From contig OZ024742.1 in the NCBI GenBank assembly GCA_964016885.1, forward strand, positions 145,018,001 to 145,082,000: a stretch of DNA of 64,000 nucleotides, written 5' to 3'. This stretch comes from Eledone cirrhosa. Its lineage: Eukaryota. The notes beneath the pieces were generated by a model. That model was not told where the DNA came from, made no database searches, and saw nothing but the letters and a program-made list of their open reading frames with translations. The position numbers were made by a program, and so were the translations under genes. Shown one piece after another: positions 26,461-39,990 of the stretch. Numbering within the stretch: position 1 is the first letter of the stretch; every line of letters begins with the position of its first letter.

Positions 26461-26670
26461 CTAGAGTAAAGACCCCCTTCGGTCACGAATGACTATGGTA
26501 TTTGCACCTAGAAAATTCCTTTCCGAGGCACAAGTCCGGACAAAGTTGTTTGTGAAAGACCAGCAGTCTCCAAGCCACCGATGTTGTCCAAAGGTAAGCC
26601 AAAAGCCGATAGAGCTGAGTGAACAGGGCAACATGAAATAAAGTCTCTTGCTCAAGAACACAACGCAAAG
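26461..26670 (-). mobile_element. SINE fragment, family C (gcacctagaaa...aggttgtttgtggaag...aaagtgtcttgctcaag)
   Basis: Homologous to 40822-41083 and shares the cttgagcaag core with family B. Confidence 0.65.
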
Positions 26671-27239
26671 TCCAGTCCATTGACGCTGTCGAAAGACACC
26701 CTATTGTTTTTGTCTCTGTGTTCTGCGCTTTCATATGCATCTTTACGGCGACTTGTTCAAGCCGTAGTGCAACCTAAGCTCAGTAATATGCAATCCGGCC
26801 CTTATGCACAAAATTGCGGTAACAGAGTGTGGTTGACGACGAAGTGGTTGCTTTTGGTTTTTCATCCCATGTGTTTCATTTCATTTTTTTTTTTCGTGCA
26901 ACTCTATGTGAGTGTGTGCAGACCTGTGAACTCTCTCCGTCGGACGGGGAGATCTCCCACCCACTTTGGGGTGGGTGAGAGATGTCTTCTCTTGTGAAAA
27001 TGGGTATAGCTTTCATTATGTAAAATTTCCCTATTTTGTCTAATTTCTCCCCGTTTTGGGGCATTTTTTTTTTTTCATGGTACTCCCCATTTGGGTTTTT
27101 AGCGGTTGGAAGGTCTGATGTGTGTGTAAAATAATTTTGATGATTCGTGTTAAAAGTATCATTAGTTCTCTTTGAGAGTTTTTTTTTCCATACGTCATTA
27201 AATATATTACCACCTACCTCAATTATACATACATACATA

Positions 27240-30200
27240 GACAGACAGTCAACGTGATCAGTCGCATATTTTGGCGTGGGAGACTATTTATTAAATTTAA
27301 GATGAATACTATCTCCGACAGTAATGTCACAACTACAGTCAGGTTGAATAACTGGTTATTCTTCTGACTATCCCTTCTGAAAACACCTTTTATTCGAATT
27401 CGTAGAGATATCCGACTAAATACATAATTCATTTTACAAGGATTTGCTACAAACAGCATGGCTGAACACAACATCAACAAAAAAAATTAAGGAAATATCG
27501 AAGACAAATAACAAGGAAGGTAATCAAACTTTATTCAGTTGTAGCTACAGAAGAAATCGAAATTATAAATCGCATTTCTCTTGGAGTTGCGAACTTAATA
27601 ATGATTTATTTAATTGTTATAAAATGGCAAAAAGCAATCCCTCCATTGGCTATATGAATAGACTGAAGCTACACTGGGACGAAATGCACCCAGAGCTAAA
27701 TTATTTCACAGCGAAACAATTACGCCAACAAGCGACGTTTGTTGAACGTAAAAATAAGATAAATATTATTAATTGTAAGTCCCCCACAACAAACATGGAA
27801 TCAACAACACGTACTACAGGTCGCCATGCTACTAGACTTCCTAGCAGCCAAGTCGAACAGCGCCTTGAAACAACTGTGCCTGTAAGAAACTTGACACCAC
27901 ATGTGCCATTTAAGTCTACCTTGAATGCTGGGGAAAACACTATCGATAATAATAATAATCGAATAAATGTGACACCACGTATACCATCCGAGTCTACCTC
28001 GACACTATCGATAATGATAATCAAAAGTATAAACAATTGAAAATTTCCCTCAACGAAATCTTCCAGAGAGAAATTAACTCATGTATAAATATCTCTCTTG
28101 CTGAACGTGTTAAAATGACAATGGTGAATAAAAAAAACAAATAATGAAATAATATGTGTTATTGACGAAATAGGGGATGAATATTTACGACGGATAAAAA
28201 CCCCAACATTTTGGCAAATCAACGCCTGTTTATATGCCTTAGCAATGACAGTGAAGCATTATCTTGGTGATAGCAGAGATATTAACAAGAACAAAACACC
28301 ACCAAAAATACCATCATATATAACTAAAATAGAAAAGAAGAGTACTGACCTACGAAAAAACATAGGTCATGTGACAATGCTCCTTACATGCAAACAAACA
28401 CAAAAAAACTTCACTCCTCACCAACAAAGAGTGAAAAATAAAATAGAGACGATGTTTGGTAACAGTAGAACCAGAACTCTCCAATAGAAGCTGATCACCC
28501 TCAACCAAGAATTGCGAGCTGTTAGCGAAAAACGCCGATACCTGAAGAAGGTAGATGAGAGAAAAGTGCTTAATAAAAGATTCAGACGAAACCAAACATC
28601 AGTCTATAGAGGTATGAAGGGCAAAATAATAAGTGTCACTGAGGCCCCATCCCAGAAAGACATAGTTTCCTTTTGGAGAAAAATATGGGGTGAAAAGAAG
28701 AATTTCAACTAAAATGCAGTGTGGCTAAGAGAAATCCGAAAGAACTATTGCTCCTACACTACAACAAAAACATACGAAATAAGTGAGGGTACCCTTGAGA
28801 CTGTGATAGGAAAACTCCAAGATAAGAAAACACCAGGAAGAGACATGATTGTCGGCTACTGGTACAAAAAACTAACATTCTATCAGAGGTATCTTACTGA
28901 CCTCTACCAACAAGTTCTTAAGGGAGATACACTTATACCAGTATGGTTGACACTAGCACAAACGTTACTGGTCCCCAAGAACAAAGACACCCACTTGGCA
29001 AAAAACTACCGACCCATTGCATGCCACAACCTGATGTATAAGATGTATACAGCCTGCCTGAACCTGTTCCTCCAAGATCACTGTGAAAATAATAACATCA
29101 TCACAGATGAACACGCAGCTGGAAAGAAAGGGGTTTGGGGATGTGCTGAACAACTCCTAATCAACAAGACTGCGATGTCGGAGGTGCGACAACTTAGGAG
29201 GAATATGGCTACAGTCTGGCTGGACTACAGGAAAGCTTTCGATTCTGTTCCCCACTCTTGGATAATAGAGGCCCTCCAACTTGCTAAAGTCCCAGACATT
29301 ATTGTCAGAGCCATAGAGAGGCTGTCTTCTTCTTGAGCTACTATCCTAAGGTTAAAGACAGAGAGGGAGGACTCTATTTTCACTGATAAAATAAAATAGT
29401 GCAGGGGTATATTTCAGGGGGACAGTCTCGCTGTGATATTGTTCATCTTGTCATTAAACCCTTGTCCTTTCTGCTCAAGAAATGTGAGGGATACATCATT
29501 GGCTCACAGGAGGACAGAAATACGAACCTAACCCATAATTTCTTTGTGGACGACCTGAAACTCTATGCCAAGAACATGGATGGGACGAAGAAAAATCTTG
29601 ATCTGGTTACAACGTTCTCAAAGGATATAGAAATGGAGTTTGGCCAAGATAAATGCTCATACATGACTAAAGCGGGGAAAAACAACAACCCAATCTAGCA
29701 ACATTGTCATCAATGACCTAACTGTTTCACCGATATCTGATGAGGACTGCTACAGATACCTGGGGATAGATGAGAACATATCCTATAATGGTATCTGTAA
29801 TAAAGAACGTGTAACCAGGGAATACTACACCTGATTAAGAAAGATCTGGTCATCGGAACTCTCTGCACAAAACAAAACAGTGGCTCACAATGTGTTTGCT
29901 GTGCCTGTCCTAACACCAACGTTTGGAATACTCAATTGGACGATAGACGAAATCCGAGCAATTGATGTTGGAACTCGAAAAATACTGAACAACACCGGAA
30001 ACTTCCACATCAACAGTGACATAGACCGCCTTTACTTGAAACGTAAGCAGGGAGACAGATGCCTAACATCAGTCCAGACAACATTTGAATGTCGCATCAT
30101 ATCTCTCCGACAACATCTACGAACCTCGAAGCGTAGGAGCCCGTTTCTCGAACAAGTCTATCTGCATGAAACAGATAAAATCATGAGAGTTGGGAAGGAA

Positions 30201-31346
30201 CTCCTTGAGAGATATTCCCTGTGTGATAATCAAAAACTCACACCCAGGGATGTCGCTCAGCAGTATCGCAGTGAATCCATGGATGAAAAACTGCATGCCT
30301 ATCAGCAAAAAATCATGCATGGATATGTTGCCAGGAAGCTCCAGAGTGAGAGTAATATAGATAAGGAAAGTAGTCTATCTTGGACCAACGACCGCTATAT
30401 TCACTCCCACTTTGAAGGATACGCTTTTGCAATCCAGGAACAGGAGATTAGCACGAAATACCTGATTCACAAAAGAGATAGGGATGCAGGCAAAACAGCT
30501 AGATGTAATAACAAGTGCAGACTCTGCAGAACTAACATCGCGGATATCACCCATGTCATCAGCAGCTGTCCAAAGATGTCATCGCGGTACTATCTACCTA
30601 TGAGGCATGATGTAGTGGCCAAAACACTGTACAGTGCAGTTCGTAAAAAAGATAGCCCCGATAATAAACACATTAAAAGCTACAACAATGTGGAAGACAT
30701 CCATGTACATAATATGAAAGAGTACTGGTGGAATGTTCCAGTAAAAACCCCAATAAAAGGCAGGCATAACAGACCAGATATTATGATATGGGACAGGGAG
30801 AAAAAAACATGCACAATAGTGGAAATTAGCTGCCCAGCAGATGCCAATATAATATCAAAGATTAGTGAAAAGGAGAATATTTATGTAGAACTGATGAGAA
30901 ATCTGCAGATACTCCACCCTGATTACACCTTCAGATTTTTGCCTGTGATTATTGGGGCACTGGGATATGTTAGTAACTGCCTCAATACAAATCTTGAGAA
31001 GCTAGGCTTCATAGGAACAGAAAGAACACAACTAGTTAGGAAATTACAAGTACAATCCATTAATGGAACAGTAAAAATATGTAAAACATTCCAAACATTT
31101 TGCATCTAATAACTGCATATACACATGTACAGATACAAAGCATATACACATGCACACATACAACTCAAAACAAACACATCCACACATACAATAACATCCA
31201 TATCTACACATGCATGCATGCAGACATACATACATATCTACCTAGTTGATGTTGTGTAAATTCCAATGAGAGAGTCTTGTGTCTATATTAGAAACCGACT
31301 CTCTCTCTCTATTGGTAAAACTTTGTGAAATTATAAAACCAGAAGA
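27240..31346 (+). mobile_element. Probably full-length but mutated R4/Dong-like non-LTR retrotransposon (RT + CCHC + restriction-like endonuclease) between (ACAT)n tracts
   Basis: ORF pieces 27444-31109: KTPGRDMI, NYRPIAC, WLDYRKAFDSVPH, GIFQGDSL, FFVDDLKLY, CRLC..HVISSC, RHD, RPDIMI..IVEISC. (ACAT)3 at 27227-27238 and (ACAT)n at 31347-31422. Confidence 0.93.
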
Positions 31347-33017
31347 ACATACATACATACATACATACATACATACATACATACATACATACATACATAC
31401 ATACATACATACATACATACATTCATAAGATTGAATAAGTATAAAAGATACTGCACATTTGGTCGGTGGAGTGATGGGCTGGTATTTATTTGAGGTAGGT
31501 ATAGTTATATATAAGGTAATTGTATGTATATCATACCCATGATTTAATATTTTTGATTGGCTGATCTGAATGACACAACAACATCATTAGTGCATTGGTG
31601 GGCGGTAGGAGTATGTTTGCAAGAGTTATGAGGCTTTCCCTGTCTTTCTTCCTTGTTCTAAATAATGTCTTTGTTTCATTCTGATTCAAAGTGACGTTTG
31701 TATTAAGCTTTGAAGCGAACCAGATTCATGTAAAGATCTCACGGCTGCTGCTTGTCTATTATTTCAAAATTGTCTATTATTTTAGCGTTGTGCACTGAGT
31801 GAAGTAAGATGGCAAATAAGCAGAGACGTTAACCTGTCGGTTAAAATGAATGCCGGTTATCTGAGTGCTGGGTCAACAGAATTGCTGGAGCATCGAAAGG
31901 TATGCCTCCCAGTATTTGTTTCGGCCAATAGCAGATTAAATCAAATTCTACCATAATTTAAATCTCACCGATGGCCAACTACGGAACTACAAGTCTTTAT
32001 AGAAGCTACACGGTATGGAACACTGTAGCCGTCAGCTAATGCTTCCGGTGATGATGTGTCCAGCTGGAGCAGCTATCTACAGCTTCTGGTCAACCTGTTA
32101 GTTCGTCCTTGGAATAAAGTAGGGTCCTATCGGTTAAGTTAAATAACCTACTTTCAGAGATGCCATTTACTGCATTATATATATATATTTTTTTATTTCC
32201 ATTAATTTAAATGCTAAGAGTTGTCCCAGCTACCATTCTTAACCAGAATTAGTCATCTAAAGGGAGGAGTGCGGGACAGCGTCCAGAATATATTTTTTTT
32301 ATCCCGTTTGTAAAATAAGTTGGATTACTTTGAATAAATAATGAATGAATATTACATAATGTATCTACTAAATTTCATTAATCTTGATTAAATATAAATA
32401 ATTTTGACGCTTATTTTAAGATTCACTTCTTTAAAAGTTTCAAATGTCAACACTTCCGGTTAGCGATCGCTTCAATAAACAGTCATATATTTCCGTCAAT
32501 GGATTACGTTACTGATTACATAAGACAGTGTAACGCAGTCTTCGTTCAATTTCTGTGTATATTGCCAATTACGATTTTATTTGATGTATCATATCTACAA
32601 ACATATGTAATATATAATATCAATATGCACACTACACAGGCTAGCAGAAAACCACCCGAACGGTGGTTTTTCCGCTAGTTACAATAATGATTTTTTTTTT
32701 CTTCCTCGCTATGAGTGTAATTTTGAATAATTATAAATTCTTGCCTTACTACATTAAGTACTTTACTCATTTTGTTTTCATGCAACAAGCGCCCCTAGTT
32801 ATTTCTTCCCAGACAATATTTTAATTTATCACGCCTCTTAATGTTCATTCACAGACATCCTATATGTTCCAGTCAACCAACATTTGATAGTCACAGTCAG
32901 AATATGCTCCACTGATGAGATCTATTTAAAACAAAACGCTCCCAGAGTTGTCATCTTATTGACAAAAGTCCGACTCAATACCCACTACATTCTATTCTTG
33001 ATTAATTACTAGCATCA

Positions 33018-33455
33018 GAGGCGGTGGATGGGCAGTATCGATAGAGCGTCGGATACCATGCTTCATGACGTCTTTTTTGTTCTGAGTTTAAATCCTACCG
33101 AAGTTAGCTGTGCATTTCCTGCTTACGGGAGGTCGATAAAATAAAGTACCAGTAACGCACTAGGGTAGATTTAATCGACTTTCCCCACCTGCAAAATTGT
33201 TGATCTTGTGCCTAAGTCAGAAACTATTAAGGGCAGTGGATTGGTAGTATCCTTACAACGTCGGAAACCATGCTTTGCAGTATATAGTTACGTCCCTTTG
33301 CGTTCTGAGATCAAATTCCGACGAGGTTAGCTTTGCCTTTCATCCATACGGAGTCGATAAAATAAAGTACCTATAACGGATTGGGGTCGATTTAATCGAC
33401 TTTCCCCTCCCTAAAACTTGTTGGCCTTGTGCCTACATCCGAAATCATTATTTAT
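33018..33455 (+). mobile_element. Two tandem family A SINEs
   Basis: ggcggtgga.tggcagtatc...gtcgataaaataaagtacc...ccttgtgcc occurs at ~33018 and ~33231. Confidence 0.8.
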
Positions 33456-33805
33456 TAGTATCAGTATGCAATCGTGCTTGGGTTTATAGAACGTGTTTAA
33501 AAGAAGTAATACCTCGTTGAAAAATATGACCATATGCAAAATTTCAACTACCTAGGTGTCTACATGTAACATGATTTGCATATAAGATAATTAACTTAAA
33601 TTACAGAGTCGTCTCCCGTATTTTGATCTGAGTTGGTTACTTAAATAATAATTTTTTCCTCCACACTACATATGTAATTTTGATTATTATTATTTCTTTT
33701 ACTCATTTAAATTAAATCTGTTATCTCCAGCTTTACTAAGTTAAATATGATCCGGTATTTATTATTTCATTGTACATTATTGAGTTTGGTATTCTTGAGA
33801 GCCAG

Positions 33806-33866
<61 letters not shown>

Positions 33867-33959
33867 AATGAATAATAACAGGTAGACATCATAAAAAGGT
33901 AATTTATTCCGTGTGCTTACAAGTGTTTCCACGGTGGTACTACAGCCTAGTTATGCTAT

Positions 33960-33996
<37 letters not shown>

Positions 33997-34001
<5 letters not shown>

Positions 34002-34854
34002 TTTCGTATCTCCAAAGAAATACGGTTTTAGGAAGCCGTAGCTATGCAAAAACCGGGGGGCTAACGCCCTCTGGTGATGTCCAGCAGAAGCAAGAGGGAC
34101 AACCGTCTATGCATTTCAGGCTTAACTGGCCATCGTCAGGACGGTCCCTCCCACCGCTTGCGACTGCTGGACTAGAAGACAGGCGAGAATATATAGTTTT
34201 CTAGTCTGTGTAAATGAGGAGATTAATCTCATTTCATATGAAGCTGCATAAGTTGGCTCAACTTATAATAAAAAGAAATAGGATTTCGCTTCAAGCATAG
34301 CTTTATACAATATGTATAAATATTTCGTATCTCCAAAGAAATATGGTTTTAGGAAGTCGTAGCTATGCAAACACCAGAGGGCTAACGCCCTCTGGTGATG
34401 TCCAGCAGAAACAAGGAGGACAACCGTCCCCGGTGTTTGCATAGCTATGGCTTCCTAAAACCGTATTTCTTTGGAGATACGAAATATTTATACATATTGT
34501 ATAAAGCTATGCTTGAAGCGAAATCCTATTTCTTTTTTATTATAAGTTGAGCCAACTTATGCAGCTTCATATGCAAATGAGATTAATCACCTCATTTACA
34601 CAGACGAGAAAAGTATATATTCTCGCCTGTCTTCTAGTCCAGCAGTCGCAAGCGGTGGGAGGGACCGTCCTGACGATGGCCAGTTAAGCCTTAAATGCAT
34701 AGGCGGTTGTCCCTCTTGCTTCTGCTGGAAATCACCAGAGGGCGTTAGCTCCCCGGTGTTTGCATAGCTACGGCTTCCTAAAACCGTATTTCTTTGGAGA
34801 TACGAAATATTTATACATATTGTATAAAGCTATGCTTGAAGCGAAATCCTATTT

Positions 34855-34856
<2 letters not shown>
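33997..34856. mobile_element. HHR-bearing non-coding element (~321-bp unit): ~1.3 units on the minus strand + ~1.3 units on the plus strand, in (TA)n
   Basis: tatttcgtatctccaaag at 34000 and 34321; orientation flips at ~34428; HHRs at 34102-34145 (-) and 34664-34707 (+). Confidence 0.9.
34102..34145 (-). ncRNA. Type I hammerhead ribozyme
   Basis: ACCGTC-CTGACGA-T-GGC-CAGTTAA-GCC-T-GAAA-TGCA-TA-GACGGT; palindromic helix III ATGCAT. The plus-strand twin (34664-34707) has TAAA in place of GAAA. Confidence 0.88.
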
Positions 34857-34889
<33 letters not shown>

Positions 34890-35157
34890 TATTGTCTATG
34901 CTAGACTCTGCTTTGATTTGGAAACTTTTCATTCCACCTAATTTGCAGGGATAAGGATGTAAATGTTCCCAATCCTATCTCACCCAAATGTAAGGTAGCG
35001 TTTGTGAGATCGATTAAGAACCGCTATTAGTCTCCTGAAGACTGTCTATGTTGCAATCTACTTATTTAAGATAGTAGATGTGTGATTTGGCTGTTGCCTT
35101 TAGCAAGTTGAGCTGGTCGTCTTATTTCACAACTGCCATTATTTGTGAGTGAGCCAA

Positions 35158-35376
35158 GGGCGGTGGATTGGCAGAATCAACGGAGCGTCGGACAAAATGC
35201 AATGCAACATTTACTTACGGTCCTTTACGTTCTGAGTTCAAATCCCAGCGGGGTCAACTTTGCTTTTCATCCTTTCAGGGTCGATAAAATAAAGTACCAG
35301 TCACGTACTGGGTCGATATAATCACTTTCCCCTTCCCCAGAGATTGTTGGTCTTATGTCTAAATTAGAAATCATTA
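35158..35376 (+). mobile_element. Family A SINE
   Basis: Head gggcggtggattggcagaatc, B box GAGTTCAAATCC, gtcgataaaataaagtaccag. Confidence 0.8.
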
Positions 35377-36153
35377 CTCGTGAGCAGGCCAGTATAATAC
35401 CAAATTAATGTTAACCAATTATGCCAGTAATTCATTACCAAGGTTATCCAGGGTTAGTAACAAACCTAACAATGGGTTTCTAGTGGTTGTTGTAGATGAG
35501 AATTTGTATTGAATTGGCTAATATTGGATAACATCAAGGTTGATTGAACAGTCCCGCCTTCCCGATGTAAACAGTAAGACCAAAAGATTTGGCTTCAAAA
35601 ACAAAATGATCAACGTTTTATATAACACCTGTCAATGCAGAAGTCCACAAGATCTCACTCGTTATCTGACAATAAATCAATAACCGTTGTTGCTGTGCAA
35701 GTTTTGTAGTGTTGCCAATCACACAAATAGTATCTCGGCGATCACATTAGTGAGGAGAGCAGAGTATAGAAGACAGAACTCCCTTATTTGTAATTGTTTT
35801 AAGGTTGTTATACTAATTTCATAAAACATAGCACGAAATATAAAAAAAAATACCAAAGATATTTTTCTTTATTCTACCAAAGATACACACTCATTTACAA
35901 ACATGTACCTTACAACACGAGAAAAGAATTCAAGCACAAATAACCATTACATAGAAACATGTAATACATATATATGAATCCAAACAGACATACGCACAGC
36001 ATCATATTGCCTATATCTTAGTTCAAACATGCTTTTACACGCGCACACATGACTACACACATGCAGGCACTAACATACAGAGCGCATATATGAATTTAGA
36101 TACCTATGTACATACGCACATGTGTAGTGCATATATATATATATATATATATA

Positions 36154-36202
<49 letters not shown>

Positions 36203-36203
<1 letters not shown>

Positions 36204-37010
36204 AACGGAAAAAATGAAACGAAATTTCATTTCCCACTCTTAGTACGGCTGTTACTTAAATATAAGTATGTACACGTACATACATATATGTATACAGACG
36301 TACAGTAGTATGTATATATATATATACATACATACACACATATATATATATGTACGTATGGATTCACAGAACATTTATTATAATGCTCGGTGTGTTTGTA
36401 AACAAACATCCCGTATTAAGCCGTAGTGTCCAGCAACCATCGTTGCTCGTTTGTTCAACACTGACATATAATAAATGTTCGGTGAATCCATACGTACTTT
36501 AAAAATGTGTGCATGTATGTATATATATACACATACTACTGTACGTCTGTATACATGTATGTATGTATGTATGTGTACATACTTATATTTAAGTAACAGC
36601 CGTACTAAGAGTGGGAAATGAAATTTCGTTTCATTTTTTCCGTTTATCGTTTTCGGTGCACCCGGCCGATTAACCCACCCGATATGCAAATTGGGCTTCT
36701 CAGCTGTTAATATGCATAAGGTAAGTATATACGTTCAACAATCTGGCAGGAAGGAATACGATGCTGACGATAGCTAATAAGCTTGAAACTAGTACAGCGT
36801 TCCTTTGTCAGTGTTGAACAAACGAGCAACGATGGTTGCTGGACACTACGGCTTAATACGGGATGTTTGTTTACAAACACACCGAGCATTATAATAAATG
36901 TTCGGTGAATCCATACGTACATATATATATATATGTGTGCATGTATGTATATATATATACATACTACTGTACGTCTGTATACATATATGTATGTACGTGT
37001 ACATACTTAT
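36203..37010. mobile_element. HHR-bearing non-coding element (~423-bp unit): inverted partial arm + ~1.3 direct units, in (TA)n
   Basis: 36203-36466 is antisense to the unit; ataaatgttcggtgaatcc at 36471 and 36894; HHR at 36758-36800; a related copy lies at 59245-59680. Confidence 0.87.
36758..36800 (+). ncRNA. Type I hammerhead ribozyme
   Basis: ACGATG-CTGACGA-T-AGCT-AATA-AGCT-T-GAAA-CTAG-TA-CAGCGT; palindromic helix III ACTAGT; one mismatch in helix I. Confidence 0.85.
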
Positions 37011-37058
37011 ATATATATATATATAAATGAAGAACTTAAATGCAACAACACAGCTCGC

Positions 37059-37105
<47 letters not shown>

Positions 37106-37800
37106 TAACTAAGACCGTCATTCGCTTTAAACAAATCTACCCCAATCCGAAAGTTATCCACAAATACATTCAAGTGCAAAAACAGTCGATTCCAATGTGA
37201 GACCTATATACAAGTGTCGTACCGATAGGGAACACTGTCCACACGTAATGAAAACTGCTAACTGACTAAACATAACATAAACAAATCTACCCTGACCAAA
37301 ATTAACAGGAAGACGATTAAATGCAATAAACAACCGAACTCAGAGCCTATCAATGGTATTGTAGTGACTAGCGCCACCTTTTCCCGGGGAACAAAACTAA
37401 TTGGAGTTACTTCCCCGTGGCCCGAATATAAGGGAGTGTTCTGGCGCCTCTCTCTCTCTCTCTCTCTTGCAGCTTGACCTTACTAAGGTAAACACCAATT
37501 CTTCTTTTGCACCGCAAGCACGAACAATATGTAACGACATAACATTACTACAGGCCTGACCAATGCCTCAGCCAGTCGACCGTACCTTCTCTTGCAATCT
37601 TAATTGGTTTATTTCATTTCTTTTGGCATGCCAGCTTAATCTACCTCTTAACCTTTGTTAATAAATTATGTAAAAACATGTTAAAGTCTTGGTGATATAA
37701 CTATTATATTTTATTGCTAAAATGGTGAACCCGATGTGATGCTAAATCCATTATTATATTTTATTGCTAAAGTATAAAGGTATGACAAACATATACGCAT

Positions 37801-38040
37801 TTAACCCTTTAGCATTTACATTACTCTATATTTACTATTATATTTTTGTGGTAAAGGTTTTACTTCACATTATTATCTCACATAACATCGAATCTGTGAG
37901 ATTTTGATGGTTTTTTTGTGGGGTTTTTTTTTTAGAACAATACCTTAACATTGTAAGTGTGGCCAGTTATGGCCGGTTTGAACAGAAAGAGGTGAGAGAA
38001 TTCTTGCCGGACATGGCCGGTTTAAATGCTAATGGGTTAA
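37801..38040. mobile_element. piggyBac-type MITE
   Basis: TTAA-CCCTTTAGCATTTA ... TAAATGCTAATGGG-TTAA (TIRs starting CCC with TTAA target duplications). Confidence 0.8.
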
Positions 38041-38784
38041 GACCGTCAATTCCCCAACCTTGAACATAAACGTGGAGGAGAGGTAGATAGCTAAGTACCA
38101 GGGCTTGACCGACACCTTCCTTTTTCCTGCCGGTCACCGTCAAGACCTTAGGAGAGTTCGATCTCCGATCTGTCGTTTCCCTCTGCAAAACTGGGAGGAA
38201 TGCATCTCGCCAGAGAAAGGAGAGCCGTGTGGTAGAGTACATCGCGTGTTGTTGGCCGTTCTCCGCGTCAAGCTTTTTTCCATTTGTCCTCGTGACGCAG
38301 CTGAGATACACCACCTCGTCTGCAATGTTGTGTTTGCCGTTCCTTCCTACCACATTTCATTTACTTTCGCTATTTAATATTTTTTACTCTTTCGTTTTTG
38401 CTTCTTTTGTTAATGCAAGCGTTGATGAATTTTTTAATGAACGGAAATGAATTTTATCGTTTGTCATTAAAAAAAAAAATTATCAAAAGATTTAAAAATT
38501 TGCAGAAAGAAAAAAAGTAACACATATATATGTGTATGTATGTGTGCGCGCACGCGTGTGTGTGTGTCGGGTTCAGTTGGGCTAACCGCAGTTAGTAAGG
38601 TACTCAATACATTAGTAGAGTGTAAACAGGACTAGAACTGCTGCATTCAAAAGATATCAACAGGAAAGCTCTGATGATTTATATATATATGTATATATAT
38701 ATATATATATACATATATATAGATATATATATATATACATATATGTATATAAATATATATATATACATATATACATATATATAA

Positions 38785-39990
38785 CGGCGATGAATTAGTT
38801 TTGCGAGGTTTTTGATATGAAATCGTGTGTCGAAACAAATATTGTTATACTTGGGGAGGGTCATATTTGTGTAATATTGCCAGAATTAATAACAGAACAC
38901 ACTCACTGTTTGGTTGGTTTTCGCTTTTCGCTTCTGTGTCTTTTATATCGGTAATCTAATTTATTCGGTCCTCAATGTTGCCATTGACTGACCAACGGTC
39001 AAAAATAATACAGATACAATATAGACACAAATACATATATATAGTTTATCAACGTTCTTTCGCTGCACATCTGCAACATCGTCAGTGGTGCTATTGTTTC
39101 CTCCCGTTACATTGTATTTTCTACGCTATCTTTATTTAGTCTGTTTATATCTTTATTTATTTGTTTATTTTATTTTGTCTTCTTTGCGCATGCGTTTGCG
39201 TGTGTGTATAGTGTTTTGTTTGATGTGTGTTCGTGATTGGGTGACTGTGTATTGGTTAATGTATTCTATCTTTACTAGTGTGTGTTTACATGTGTTTGTT
39301 GTTATTGTGCTTGTGTATGTATTTATTTATTTATTTATCTATTTATTTATTTATACTTCTCTTAGGTCAGTGTTGTTTGTTTGGGTGTTGTTGTTATTCC
39401 ATTCATTGTTGTTGTTATTCCATTCAATGAATGGAATAACAACAACACCCAAACAAACAACACTGACCTAAGAGAAGTATAAATAAATAAATAAATAAAT
39501 AGATAAATAAATAAATACATACACAAGCACAATAACAACAAACACATATAAACACACACTAGTAAAGATAGAATACATTAACCAATACACAGTCACCCAA
39601 TCACGAACACACATCAAACAAAACACTATACACACACGCAAACGCATGCGCAAAGAAGACAAAATAAAATAAACAAATAAATAAAGATATAAACAGACTA
39701 AATAATGATAGCGTAGAAAATACAATGTAACGGGAGGAAACAATAGCACCACTGACGATGTTGCAGATGTGCAACGAAAGAACTTTGATAAACTATATAT
39801 ATGTGTTTGTGTCTATATTGTATCTGTATTATTTTTGACCGTCGGTCAGTCAATGGCAACATTGAGGACCGAATATATTAGGTTACCGATATAAAAGACA
39901 CAGAAGCGAAAAGCGAAAACCAACCAAACAGTGAGTGTGTTCTGTTATTAATTCTGGCAATATTACACAAATATGACCCTCCCCAAGTAT

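Noticed and set aside
27240-27430. HDV-like ribozyme expected at the R4/Dong 5' end
   Set aside because: I could not assemble a P1/P2/P3/L3 nested pseudoknot by eye; it needs an RNArobo or Infernal search.
32641-32679. Hairpin + CTAG resembling a second Helitron 3' end
   Set aside because: No associated Helitron body or second copy in the window; cannot be supported.
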